DNA of 63,371 nt, the filler included, from Licmophora abbreviata (taxonomy: Eukaryota): the NCBI GenBank assembly GCA_900291995.1. It is 7 parts of 7 records of this genome, joined end to end, with 100 filler letters (N's around TTAATTAATTAA, not from the genome) between each part and the next. Parts side by side here need not be neighbours in the genome. Positions count along the whole stretch, not along the records: positions 20,498 to 26,296 come from OLMU01003218.1; positions 26,397 to 38,350 come from OLMU01003219.1; 5 more parts are not named here. One strand, written 5' to 3'. The position numbers and the translations under genes are program-made. The notes beneath the pieces were generated by a model, which saw only the letters and a list, made by a program, of their open reading frames with translations, ran no database searches and was not told the DNA's origin. Positions 22,694-32,614 of this stretch are shown in pieces (within the stretch, counting starts at the first letter, position 1; the number at the start of each line of letters is the position of its first letter).

Positions 22694-23874
22694 TTAGTCT
22701 TCATCCTCGTCAACATCTTCCTCTTCATCCACCAGATTGTCAAGCAGAGAATCCAACTTTTCTTCTTCTGATCTTTCATCCTCTGCCTCATTGTCGTCTT
22801 CGTCCAGAGTGTTTAGAAGTTCGTCCAACGACGGCATCTTGGGCTTGTCAATGTTCTCCTTATCTGCTTGCGACATGTCCGACAAGAGTGTACCGGCGTA
22901 CAGATCCTTCAAGAAATCGCCCTGGGCCGACACAAACCCGTCAAACTCAGATGGCTGCGTCACAGCCCAGTAACAGAACGAAACAAAAGCGACGGCCACG
23001 CCGATTCTGTACGGCAGCTGCCCGGTCTTGGTCGGTTCGAACGAATAGATGGGCTTGAAGGAGTCGGCGACCGACAACGATTCATCGAACAGATTTGGAA
23101 GCCACCAAAAGTCGAACCCCATGACCCACACAATGAGAAAGAGTGCAGCCCGGACAACAATCAAGAAAAAGAAGAACAGGAGCAGGGAGACTGACATATA
23201 CCAGATAAAGACCTTCAGGAAGTTTGGCCAAATTGGAAAGCACGTGCAAAAGAAAAAGCCAGCGATCAACGCTCCCGTCATCATGTGGCTAAACGTTTTG
23301 TTTCCCTCGTACATCCAGGTGAAGTATCCAGACTCGTCAAAGTCTCGGACGCGCGAGACCTACATCGGTGCAAAGGACAGGCATGAGTGCTTCTCGGACA
23401 CATCAATCCATACCGGGTCATCGTTGCTTTGGGCGACTCAAGCTCTTACTCACCGTCAGGTCACCCTTTCCTCTCTTCTCCGATCGGTGAATAAACTGAT
23501 ATTTACAGAGGTCCTTGCAGACAGCGATCGCCTCCACCCTAGATCCAAAGCGCGGCAAGTTCGTGGGCCATTTGGTCCCTTTTTTGGGCTCGACCATGAA
23601 GTTTACCAACTTTTCTCCTGTATCATACAAGATGGAGGACATATCCCATGTGAGCGATAAATCCATTGAGAAGCCTAGAACGACGCGTAGACTCGTCCGA
23701 TTCTTCGTACTCACCCTTCAAGTAGTAGACTCGCTTGTCCCTTTCGATAGCCTCTCGGACCGGCGGACCTTCGGTGCTCCTCAGAAAGTCGCATAGCTTC
23801 TTCAGATTGTCGATTTCTTCGTAAAACGACCCAGGAGAATCCTCAGCCTTCGCTGCGGGTTCCTTGGGCGCCAT
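22694..23874 (-). CDS. SEC62: ER translocation protein Sec62, 3 exons
   Basis: KRVYYLKG, FIHRSEK, FDESGYFTWMYEG, CFPIWP and FWWLPNLFDE, with TM segments and an acidic tail. Confidence 0.88.
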
Positions 23875-24298
23875 TGTTGAGCCTGTTGTTTACTTACTCC
23901 AGCGCCACGGTGAGCACACGGTCTCAATTAGAAGTGGCGTGCGATATTACTCGCTTTTTGTCGTGTGGTCATCGTGCGTCGGCGCAAAGTCACGAAAGCG
24001 GCGAAGCCGCGAGTGCACCATGTCGCCACGTGGAAGCATGTATATTCTCGAACAAAAACTGCAAGCAAAGAACGATCAACCTCCACCGAACCAGGTATGT
24101 ACTCATAGCATACCTATTCAAGGGGTCCATCTCTTCTATCAAAATCAACATACTTAGCTCAAAGGATACAGCTGGTATCGTATGAAAGCTTATGTATGTC
24201 CCAGAAAAGCCGGAGATGCTAAGGCAAATTGAAAATGGTCACATATTAAACGACTGCCGCCTATATTGTTGAATGTACAGAGTCGTCACGATCATCTG

Positions 24299-25674
24299 TC
24301 ACTTCGCCGCGCTCGTTTCTTTGCAGTCGACCCAGAACGGCGGTTCCCCCTTCTCTTGCCCAACGAACTTGGCCGCGTGACTTCGCAGGAATTCCCTTGT
24401 CTCCTCCAAGTCCCGAAAGTGGAGCGACTCCCGAAAGTGTTCTACACTCACTGTTGGTCGGTAGGCGGCAATGATACGCTCGTACGCGCTGTCGCGGACG
24501 CGCTTGACCAGAAAGTCCATGAGATAGGCGGACAAGTGTGGCGCCGAGTCGTAGAGCCGGAAGAATGCGTGATAGTCGTTGTGCGTCAATGATTTGACTA
24601 CCAACACGGCATGTCGGCTCCCGGCGGTCTTCGGGGAATCGTTTTCTGTGTCGGCATACGTGGGTATCTCACGTACATCGGCCATTCCTTTCGCTAGATC
24701 AGTCCAGGACTTTTGCACAAGAGCGTACAGTAGGCGATAGCCAGTAAACTCATCTTCGGATAGCTCTGACTGACATAGCACATCAGAGGAATCTTGCGAG
24801 TACCCGCTGGGCTTGAAATCGTCGTCGCCGGATGTAGCGTAATCGGATCCGTTGGTAAGCGTCCGAATCATGGTCTGGCACTGGTTGAACTCATTCAGGT
24901 CGCCGTTCTCAAGTAAAATGCGGGCATGTGTCTCGTAGACGTCAACGACAAAGTCTTTCCGAATCCCCTGGACAGTAATGTCTTGTCGAACAGATTTGAG
25001 TTGCTCATTCGCAAACTCAAAGTCCTCGTCCTTGATGTATCGACGCTTGATGAGCTGCAGCGACTTTCGTAGTACGTCTAGAGGCCGTACGTCTCGCGCT
25101 TTCGGGAACGTAGTGAGTCGCAAGTACGACTTTACAAGACTCTGGTTCGTTCCGACCAGAGCCGTGTGTTTCTTTGCGATGCCTCTCGAGGAGGCCTTGC
25201 CACTTCCGCTACCACGACACGACGACAGAGCACCCGACAAGCCATCAGGCATCTCGTCCGAAGCGGCAGCTGAGCTTCGGCCAGCGAATCTTGTCTGCGG
25301 ACACGAAAGAGAAAATGGACGACGATGAGAATAAGGTAGTATTTCCCATGCGTCGTCAATGACTGATCACGTAGATGAGCACTCTGCGACCTCAACGCGC
25401 GTACCTGGCGTTCCTTCCGTCGTCGTTTCTCGTCAGATGTCAATCGAATGTCGAAGCCTCCTCCGTGCCCACCGCTCGATGACCAGCCCTGTTGCTGTTG
25501 GATCTTCTTGGGCTTGACTCCCGCTGCTCCAAGGTCTTCTGTGTACAACGCGGGAGTCTCGACAAGTTTTGGGAGTTTGCTCGTTCGCTTTTTCTGAAGC
25601 GCCGCGCCGAGCGTATCCGGCTCGTCGTCGTCGCTGCTGTCCAGGACGCTCCGACGCCTTTTGGATCTCGGCAT
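24299..25674 (-). CDS. SAC3/GANP-domain protein (LENG8/THP3-like), 2 exons
   Basis: LVGTNQSLVKSYLRLT, VRPLDVL, EQLKSVRQDITVQ, VYETHARILLENGDLNEFNQCQT and DYHAFFRLY. Confidence 0.88.
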
Positions 25675-26072
25675 GTCGATTCTTGAAAGTAGGACAGCTT
25701 TGAAACTAGTAGATCCTGCAAGGATTGTATCCTGACGATGCGATCTTTTAGTAAGTTCTGCACTGAAGCGAGAAGAGGTCGACGAGGAGCTCAACGCTGA
25801 GAACACTTTCTCTTCTAGCTAAATTCTATTTTCGATTCTGATTTCTTTTGGAGTATGATGCGCCGTCGCGAGTGATTTTCACGGTAGATACGTTCTCACA
25901 ATGGTCATTTGGTTCATGATGGTGATGGCAAGAGTGCAGCATCATCTTCAATCTGTTTTGCGCGTGCTTTTTGGTCTGGCGGCGATGAACGAGATGGGCG
26001 CGTGACGTCGTCTGCGAACTCCCACACGGATGTCGCAGCGATGTCGCAGGAGACATACATATATACACAGAT

Positions 26073-26149
26073 AGTCGAGTCGAGTCAGTCGAGTCGAAAG
26101 TCAGTCAGTCAGTCAATCGCCCAAAGGACGAGACTGACTCGACTCGACT
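26073..26149. repeat. 18-bp perfect inverted repeat built from GAGTC/CAGT units, in a divergent intergenic region
   Basis: AGTCGAGTCGAGTCAGTC (26073-26090) is the reverse complement of GACTGACTCGACTCGACT (26132-26149). Confidence 0.85.
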
Positions 26150-26436
26150 CGACTCTCACAAAAAGAGATGAAGGTCACCGCATTCGAACATGGAGAGGAC
26201 TACGCTCAAGTGATTCTCCTGTCCATTTATCCCGAAGAAGAGCACTGGTTAGAATCGGCGTCCATGGCTGCACGAGCTTTGTTAAAATTTTAAGCGNNNN
26301 NNNNNNNNNNNNNNNNNNNNNNNNNNNNNNNNNNNNNNNNTTAATTAATTAANNNNNNNNNNNNNNNNNNNNNNNNNNNNNNNNNNNNNNNNNNNNGCGA
26401 ATCGAAACATCGAGACGAACAAGCGAAGGCATCAAT

Positions 26437-27477
26437 ATGGCAAGTACCGACGAACCCAGTGGCAAGCTATCAGCCGACGGAAAGTCCATGCGGACCGGCC
26501 TTGATACTTTGGAAGTTCCAGTCACAGCTCCCGATGGATCGGGACAAGTCCTTCAGTTCCAATGGATGACAATACACCCTGCTACAGCTATCGCGCTTTC
26601 ACCCGCCAGCGACGAACTAGCGCCGCCGGCGGTCCAAGTGTCACGCATGATGAAGCACTATCAAAAAGCATTCGCCAACAAACGGGCGGAAGTATCTCAG
26701 AGCGCCAAACAGCAAAAAGATGCAGGACTGATTCCAAGGTCACCATTTCTAAGAGCCGATGGTGTGCACGTTGATCTATGTGACCTGTTCGACCCGCCTT
26801 TGCTATCGGAAGCTTTCTACGTCGGTAGTTGCGATGAGAAGGATGAGATGCGGTCGTCTGCAAAGAAAGCCTGCCCTCATGAATTAAGTGGTGGGAAATC
26901 TCAATCTCACAGTGATGGCAGTTGTGCTGATGGTATGCGATTGTGGTTCCTTCGCTTGCTAGACCACGCGCTCACTGAATGTACAAGTGCGGCGGTCGGC
27001 CGAAGAACACCGCCCTGGGCAGAGTCAGTCGACGAGTCTCCTCTCGCGAAGATGGCCCATGATGATATTGAATCGTTTCTCCCAGCTAACTGGATTTGTG
27101 AGCAGATTCGCGAAAGAGATTCTGACTCGAGTACCGGGCCTAACTTCGCCATGCTAGTCATGATCTTGCTGGCAGAGGAGTCGGCGACGGAGGCGATGGG
27201 ACGCTTTGTCGTGTCAGTCCTTGCCCCTGCAATTTTCGAGCGTGAAGGGACTTTGTCTCATAGGGATATGGTGGTAGAGACTCGATACACGCGACGACTT
27301 GCGTTGGCTCTGTTGATGAAGTGCTCGCTTGCTCGACTGGACAAGTCAAGTCTTCGTAATCTCTTGTCACCAGCGACTGGTACCTCGAGAAGCCGCGGCT
27401 CGGAAGTCATGGATGAGTTACGACGCTGTATCATCGACAACTACTACGCGCAAACTACAGGTTGGGGACACATATAG
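26437..27477 (+). CDS. Hypothetical protein; true start may lie upstream of the gap (ATG 26168)
   Basis: 346-aa ORF whose frame is open back to the gap edge. No family recognised. Confidence 0.6.
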   Translation: MASTDEPSGKLSADGKSMRTGLDTLEVPVTAPDGSGQVLQFQWMTIHPATAIALSPASDELAPPAVQVSRMMKHYQKAFANKRAEVSQSAKQQKDAGLIPRSPFLRADGVHVDLCDLFDPPLLSEAFYVGSCDEKDEMRSSAKKACPHELSGGKSQSHSDGSCADGMRLWFLRLLDHALTECTSAAVGRRTPPWAESVDESPLAKMAHDDIESFLPANWICEQIRERDSDSSTGPNFAMLVMILLAEESATEAMGRFVVSVLAPAIFEREGTLSHRDMVVETRYTRRLALALLMKCSLARLDKSSLRNLLSPATGTSRSRGSEVMDELRRCIIDNYYAQTTGWGHI

Positions 27478-27544
27478 GCTTATTTCCAGCAACATGCTTC
27501 AATGCTATTAGAGAATGGAGTCCATGAGTTTCCGGCTCATACAT

Positions 27545-27598
27545 TTCTGTTTTCGAGGCCATCCTAGAATCGAGAAACGGCCCGTCATTCACAAGTCC
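27545..27598 (-). promoter_or_regulatory. Putative SECIS element in the msrA 3'UTR
   Basis: Minus strand reads AUGA-C-GGGCCGUUUCU-CG-AUUCU-AGGAUGGCCU-C-GA-A. This gives a UGAN/NGAN core and a ~10-bp helix II, 53 nt after the stop codon. Confidence 0.65.
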
Positions 27599-27641
27599 AG
27601 AGTGCTGCACTCCTCCCCTACTGCATGTTTGAAGTTGATCC

Positions 27642-28341
27642 CTACCATCGATTCCCACTTTGTTTGGACAAAAAGTCCTGGTGGTATTCCTCTGCTCGAT
27701 AGAACCGAGTCGCTGGCTCGACATCCGTATAGATCTTGTCACTTCGCGACACGGCCTGCATGTCACTTAGAATAGTCTCTGCAGTTTCCTTTTGCTCTTC
27801 ATTGAGATAGAATATTCCGGATCGATACTGCACACTGTGCTTCGGCATGGTCGGTGAGTGCATCTGCGACCACTATGAAAAACGTTGCGAATGACCAGTC
27901 GATATGCATGTTAGCATCCATCAACAGGCCATAGACGCAATTGCATTCTTCTCTTCTTACCTCTACAAGTATGTCTTCGAACGTCAATACATTTGGGTCA
28001 AACTCAACCAAAACTGCCTCGGTGTGATCCTTGATCGTGCGGTAGGTAGGGTCCGCCTGTTTTCCACCCGAGTATCCCACCAGACATCGCTCAACTCCAT
28101 TCACCTTCTTGAACTGGAGCTGAGGCCTGGTGAAATAAATTGACGAGGAGGAGTACACATCGAAAAAGACAAATTAAGTCGACACGATTCCATAACGTTA
28201 GGAAAACCGACACCCCGGCAGCTTGCCATACACTCACCCCCAAAATCATCCGAGTGCGAGGACGGCAACCTCATTGTTGACGGAAACTTCCGGTTCCAGC
28301 GGGAGTTCCGGGCAGGATTCTTTATCGCGTCGAAAGGACAT
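27642..28341 (-). CDS. msrA: Selenocysteine-containing peptide methionine sulfoxide reductase A; exons 28341-28238, 28126-27961, 27872-27642 (166 aa)
   Basis: Spliced protein ...AVLALG(UGA)FWGPQ...VGYSGG...PTY..IKDHTEAV.V.FDP...QYRSGIFY...FYRAEEYHQDF. UGA at 28248-28246 replaces the catalytic Cys of GCFWG. Confidence 0.9.
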
Positions 28342-28755
28342 GGTTTGATTTCGGTGCATGTGTCAAAAGGTGGTGCTGTTCCTTTCTATGAAGAAAAGGA
28401 AAGGCGTAGAAGTCGCAGATGTGAAGAGAGTCTTGTGTTGTGGTAACCCGAGCAGGATTTCTCGCTGTGGAGCGCCACGACTCGCGACAACGCGTAAGTC
28501 GTGTGTGACATCATATTAGTCCATGGGGAGACTGACTGACTCATCGCCGCAATGTTGAACGTGTGTGACCCGACGTTATTGATCATGTGATGGACCGACA
28601 TTGAACATGTTCAGTGTGGCCTCACTCGGCGAAACTCGGAGCAAGCCAAGACGACGAGGAAAAGGTGAAACGTTGTTGCCTCAACCACGGGTGTAACTTG
28701 TCTCATCTGAAGCGCAGACGACTGCAAACTTGGAGGTGACAACGTTGTCTGTTTG

Positions 28756-29829
28756 ATGCGAGGCCGTGTTCTCATGTCCAGCCTGCTCGTCGCTGTCCAC
28801 AATTCAGTTGTTAAAGCCTTCTTACCACGCTTTCAGCGCTCCATAGCAATGTCTTCTTCACAACGAAGAGCGATGACTGCTGTTAATCGGGAGTACGCGA
28901 CTGAAATGACGGAGGATGAACGGTACCTGTTCGATCTCAATGGCTACATTGTCGTGAGAGGCGTTCTAACTCCAGAAGAAGTTAAGGAAGCCAATGTAAT
29001 CATCGACAATCATAAACACGAAATGATTGAGCGATCTGACGAGGCCTTACGCAACACTGTCGCTGGGTCTCAGTTCTCAGGGACTGGTCCGGGGCGAAAG
29101 GATCTTGGTGGTGTGTTGGAATGGGGAACCGACTCCAAAATATTCAAGTCCGTCTTGGCGCACCCTCGCCTAGTTCCGTTCTTTCATGGAATCGTTGGAA
29201 AGGGTTATCGCATGGATCATTTGCCGTTTGTGATTGCCTCGGACAAAGGCGCCGAAGGATTTCAACTGCATGGAGGAACGATTGATTGCACTTCTGGCGA
29301 GTACAACCCGTACCTTGCTTATACATGTCACCACGGTACTGTGCGATCTGCACTGCTGGGATGCAACGTCATGCTGGCAGATCACAATGCAGGAGACGGG
29401 GGCTTCTGTGTCGTCCCAGGAAGCCACAAGTCAAACTTTCGAATGCCCAAGGGAATGGTGGACGGCGAAAAGTACAAAGAATTCATTGTCCAACCGGAAA
29501 CCAAGGCGGGCGACGTTGTGCTGTTCAGCGAAGGAACGGTACATGGAGCTAAAGCGTGGACATCGGATCGTGAACGCCGAACATGTCTTTATCGATTCTC
29601 TCCTGCCACGAACGTCTATGGGCGGTCCTATTTTGGACACGAAGGTGGTGGCTGGCCGACGAAGATGTACGAGGACCTGACTGATGCGCAGAGGGCAGTC
29701 TTAGAACCACCTTACGCGAACCGACTCGACAGGCCCAACATTAACCCGGATGGCAGTGTACATGTCACCACACGAGGCGAACGAAAGAAGCAACATGACA
29801 GGGAAGTGTTTGGGACCAAGTATTTCTAA
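28756..29829 (+). CDS. PhyH-family Fe(II)/2-oxoglutarate-dependent enzyme with probable organellar targeting peptide
   Basis: YLFDLNGYIVVRGVL, QLHGG, GGFCVVPGSHK, KAGDVVLFSEGTVHG and ERRT. Confidence 0.88.
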   Translation: MRGRVLMSSLLVAVHNSVVKAFLPRFQRSIAMSSSQRRAMTAVNREYATEMTEDERYLFDLNGYIVVRGVLTPEEVKEANVIIDNHKHEMIERSDEALRNTVAGSQFSGTGPGRKDLGGVLEWGTDSKIFKSVLAHPRLVPFFHGIVGKGYRMDHLPFVIASDKGAEGFQLHGGTIDCTSGEYNPYLAYTCHHGTVRSALLGCNVMLADHNAGDGGFCVVPGSHKSNFRMPKGMVDGEKYKEFIVQPETKAGDVVLFSEGTVHGAKAWTSDRERRTCLYRFSPATNVYGRSYFGHEGGGWPTKMYEDLTDAQRAVLEPPYANRLDRPNINPDGSVHVTTRGERKKQHDREVFGTKYF

Positions 29830-29859
29830 ATGCTGTACTAGAACAACAACCGTTTCTGA

Positions 29860-30975
29860 CTACTGTGGAACTGCTTTCGTTGTCTTCGAATTCTCGTTCT
29901 CGAGGGATGTTATTACACGCTCTGCTGCATCCGTTTCGTCATCTGACTGGGCACGTGAGAGCTGGACAACGAATGCTTCCCATTGCTCCAGTTCCACGCT
30001 TGCAAACGACCTTTCTTCGCCGTCCAGTGCTCGAAGTGTCGAGATTCTCCTAACTCCCAGCATAGCCAAATCGTTCTTGTAACCTAGGATTGCGTTGACA
30101 CTCCTTTTCTGCTCCAGAATCTGAGATAGCAACTCAATCGCCATTTCACGCACCTCGGCGTTGGGCTCCATCGCGTCATCGAAACAATGACGAATGATGA
30201 ATACGATGGAGTCATCAAATAATCTCACTCTTTGTCGAGACGAGTTATCGGAGGTAATCAGTGCCCGCAGAAAGAAGAGGCCTCGCTTCCGCAGTGCCAA
30301 ATGATCCGTAGCACGAATCGCCAGCTCCAACGCCCGTCGCCCGAGATGTATCTCGCAAAAGACATGCTCCGCCACGACATGGTTGCGAATACTGGCACTC
30401 AAAGCTTGTATGATTTTTGCTCGAAGCTGTCCACCCTCGTCTCCTATTTCCTTCGACTCGTGCTCTTTCATGTAGAGCTCGCTCAAAATACGAATCGACC
30501 CCAGTTCCAAGAGACTGAGTTGTACGGGAGGGTTGTTTTGACACATGGTCGCCAACACGCCGAGACAGGCAAGTCGAATGGAACGCGGTACCGCATCGCG
30601 TTCCTGGACACATCCTAGTAAGAACGGAAGTCCCTTCATAGCCGAAAAGGCACGGGCATAGTCAATCTGCTCGACGATATCCCGTAGTTCGTCGAGCAGT
30701 TCCTCGATTTCATCAGTTTCCGGAGCCGACTTTGGCTGTGTTCCTCGTGAAATTTGGTTCCACGCTTCCAGTGCTTCAGTTACGCGTGTCAATACGTGCT
30801 TCATTCTTTCGTTTTCATCTATAATTCCGTCCTTCATGACGGCTTCGAGGAACGCCTTATCTTCATCCGACATTGGAGTCATGCTTTCCGAGGATGGACG
30901 AGTACCGTCGCTGTACGACAGTGACCATTTCAAGAGACCTAACCAAGCCCACGAGGGCTCACTACCACCACTCAT
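29860..30975 (-). CDS. Hsp70 nucleotide exchange factor Fes1/HspBP1-like
   Basis: WLGLLKWSL..SDG, MSDEDKAFLEAVM, LRDIVEQIDYARAF, MCQNNPPVQ and ALSASIRN. Confidence 0.85.
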   Translation of the reverse strand: MSGGSEPSWAWLGLLKWSLSYSDGTRPSSESMTPMSDEDKAFLEAVMKDGIIDENERMKHVLTRVTEALEAWNQISRGTQPKSAPETDEIEELLDELRDIVEQIDYARAFSAMKGLPFLLGCVQERDAVPRSIRLACLGVLATMCQNNPPVQLSLLELGSIRILSELYMKEHESKEIGDEGGQLRAKIIQALSASIRNHVVAEHVFCEIHLGRRALELAIRATDHLALRKRGLFFLRALITSDNSSRQRVRLFDDSIVFIIRHCFDDAMEPNAEVREMAIELLSQILEQKRSVNAILGYKNDLAMLGVRRISTLRALDGEERSFASVELEQWEAFVVQLSRAQSDDETDAAERVITSLENENSKTTKAVPQ

Positions 30976-31353
30976 GATTGCGTTACTGTGCGTTGACTGA
31001 CTGTTGTTGTCGATCTTCGTACTATGAATCGATCGTGGTGAGTTCATTGTGTGGCGGTCAATCGTTCATGAGTTTTCGTGTCTCTCTGCGATGCTCTTCT
31101 CTGCAGATTCTTCGAAGAAGTTCCCGAGCTATTTCTCTCGCACTGTGTTCGCATGTGACGTTTTGGGGGGCGCGCGCCAAATGTGTCAGACGAGATGAGA
31201 TCCAGAAGTCAGAACTCGAATGGATCAACCAGCACCATCCTCACAATGACGGCGCGCCGACATCATCAATGATTGACCGCAGACTCGTTGACTTTGCAGC
31301 CCTGTTCTCCTTTGCTTCCTCTTCCCCACCTCAAGAGTCTCACTAGCACCAGC

Positions 31354-32533
31354 ATGTTGTGGGTAGATAAGCATCGACCGTCAAAATTGGAAGAATTGAC
31401 GTATCATGCGACCATCTCCAAACGCCTGTCCGCATTGGCCGACGCCCCCAAAACCCTGCCCCATTTGCTCGTCTACGGTCCTCCCGGGGCTGGAAAACGC
31501 ACTCGCATTATGTCTTTACTTCGTGCGCTGTATGGGTCTGGTGCAGAACGCCTCCGTCTAGACAAGCGGACCTTCACGACGCCAACAAAGAAGTCAATCG
31601 AGATCAATATGATTTCGTCCAATTACCATATTGAACTCAGTCCTGGCGACGCCGGATTGAGCGACCGATACGTCGTTCAAGAAGTCATCAAAGAAATTGC
31701 TTCCAATCGTAACATCAACAGGACTCAGCACAAGCAGCCAGAGTACAAGGTCGTCGTACTCACGGAGGTCGACCGGCTCTCGCGACAGGCACAAGCAGCT
31801 TTGCGTCGTACCATGGAAAAGTACGCCAGTTCCTGCCGACTCATTCTTTGCTGCAACAGTCCCAGCAAAGTCATTGATCCAGTTCGCAGTCGTTGCCTCG
31901 GAATTCGAGTGGGGGCGCCAACTCATGATGACGTAAGTAGCGGACAGAGCGTGTCGCTCGTTGGTACCGGTATGGTTGACTGATGTGTATCTGTATGGAG
32001 TCTCACACTCCAATGCCGTTCCATGTTTCCCTCTACAGATCTGCGACGTCCTCAAGGTGGTGGCCAGCAAGGAACATATTGCATTGCCTGCTGAACTAGC
32101 CGTCAACATTTCCCGCGAGTCGTCTCGCAATGTGCGTCGCGCCATTCTCATGCTGGAAGCCTGTCATGTGCAGACACGAGAGTCGGGAGGCCTCCAAGCC
32201 AATCAAGCTGTCCAAAAGACCGACTGGGAGCTCTACATTACACAGTTGGCAGCGGAAATCACTCGCGAGCAGACTCCTCAGCGGCTCATGGCGGCTCGCG
32301 AAAAACTCTATGAACTCTTGATCAACTGCATCCCTGCCGATGTCATCATCACAACGCTCGCCAAGGAACTCATGAAGAACCTGGACGACGCTCTCAAACA
32401 GGAGGTCATTGAGTGGGCAGCATTCTACGAACATCGCATTGCCATGGGAAGTAAGGACATCTTTCACCTCGAGGCTTTTGTTTGCAAATACATGAGCATC
32501 TACAAGGGATACCTCAACGCTATGTTTGCGTAG
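31354..32533 (+). CDS. RFC3: Replication factor C subunit 3 (yeast Rfc5-like), 2 exons
   Basis: MLWVDKHRP, PHLLVYGPPGAGKRTR, AQAALRRTMEKY, RSRCL, LYELLINCIP and IFHLEAF. Intron 31933-32038. Confidence 0.93.
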
Positions 32534-32614
32534 AGGCGTGTGTTACGAAGACGCGATGGGTCCGACAGTTACTACATACTTATGCGAAGTAATTAGCGTT
32601 TATGTTTGTCGCAG

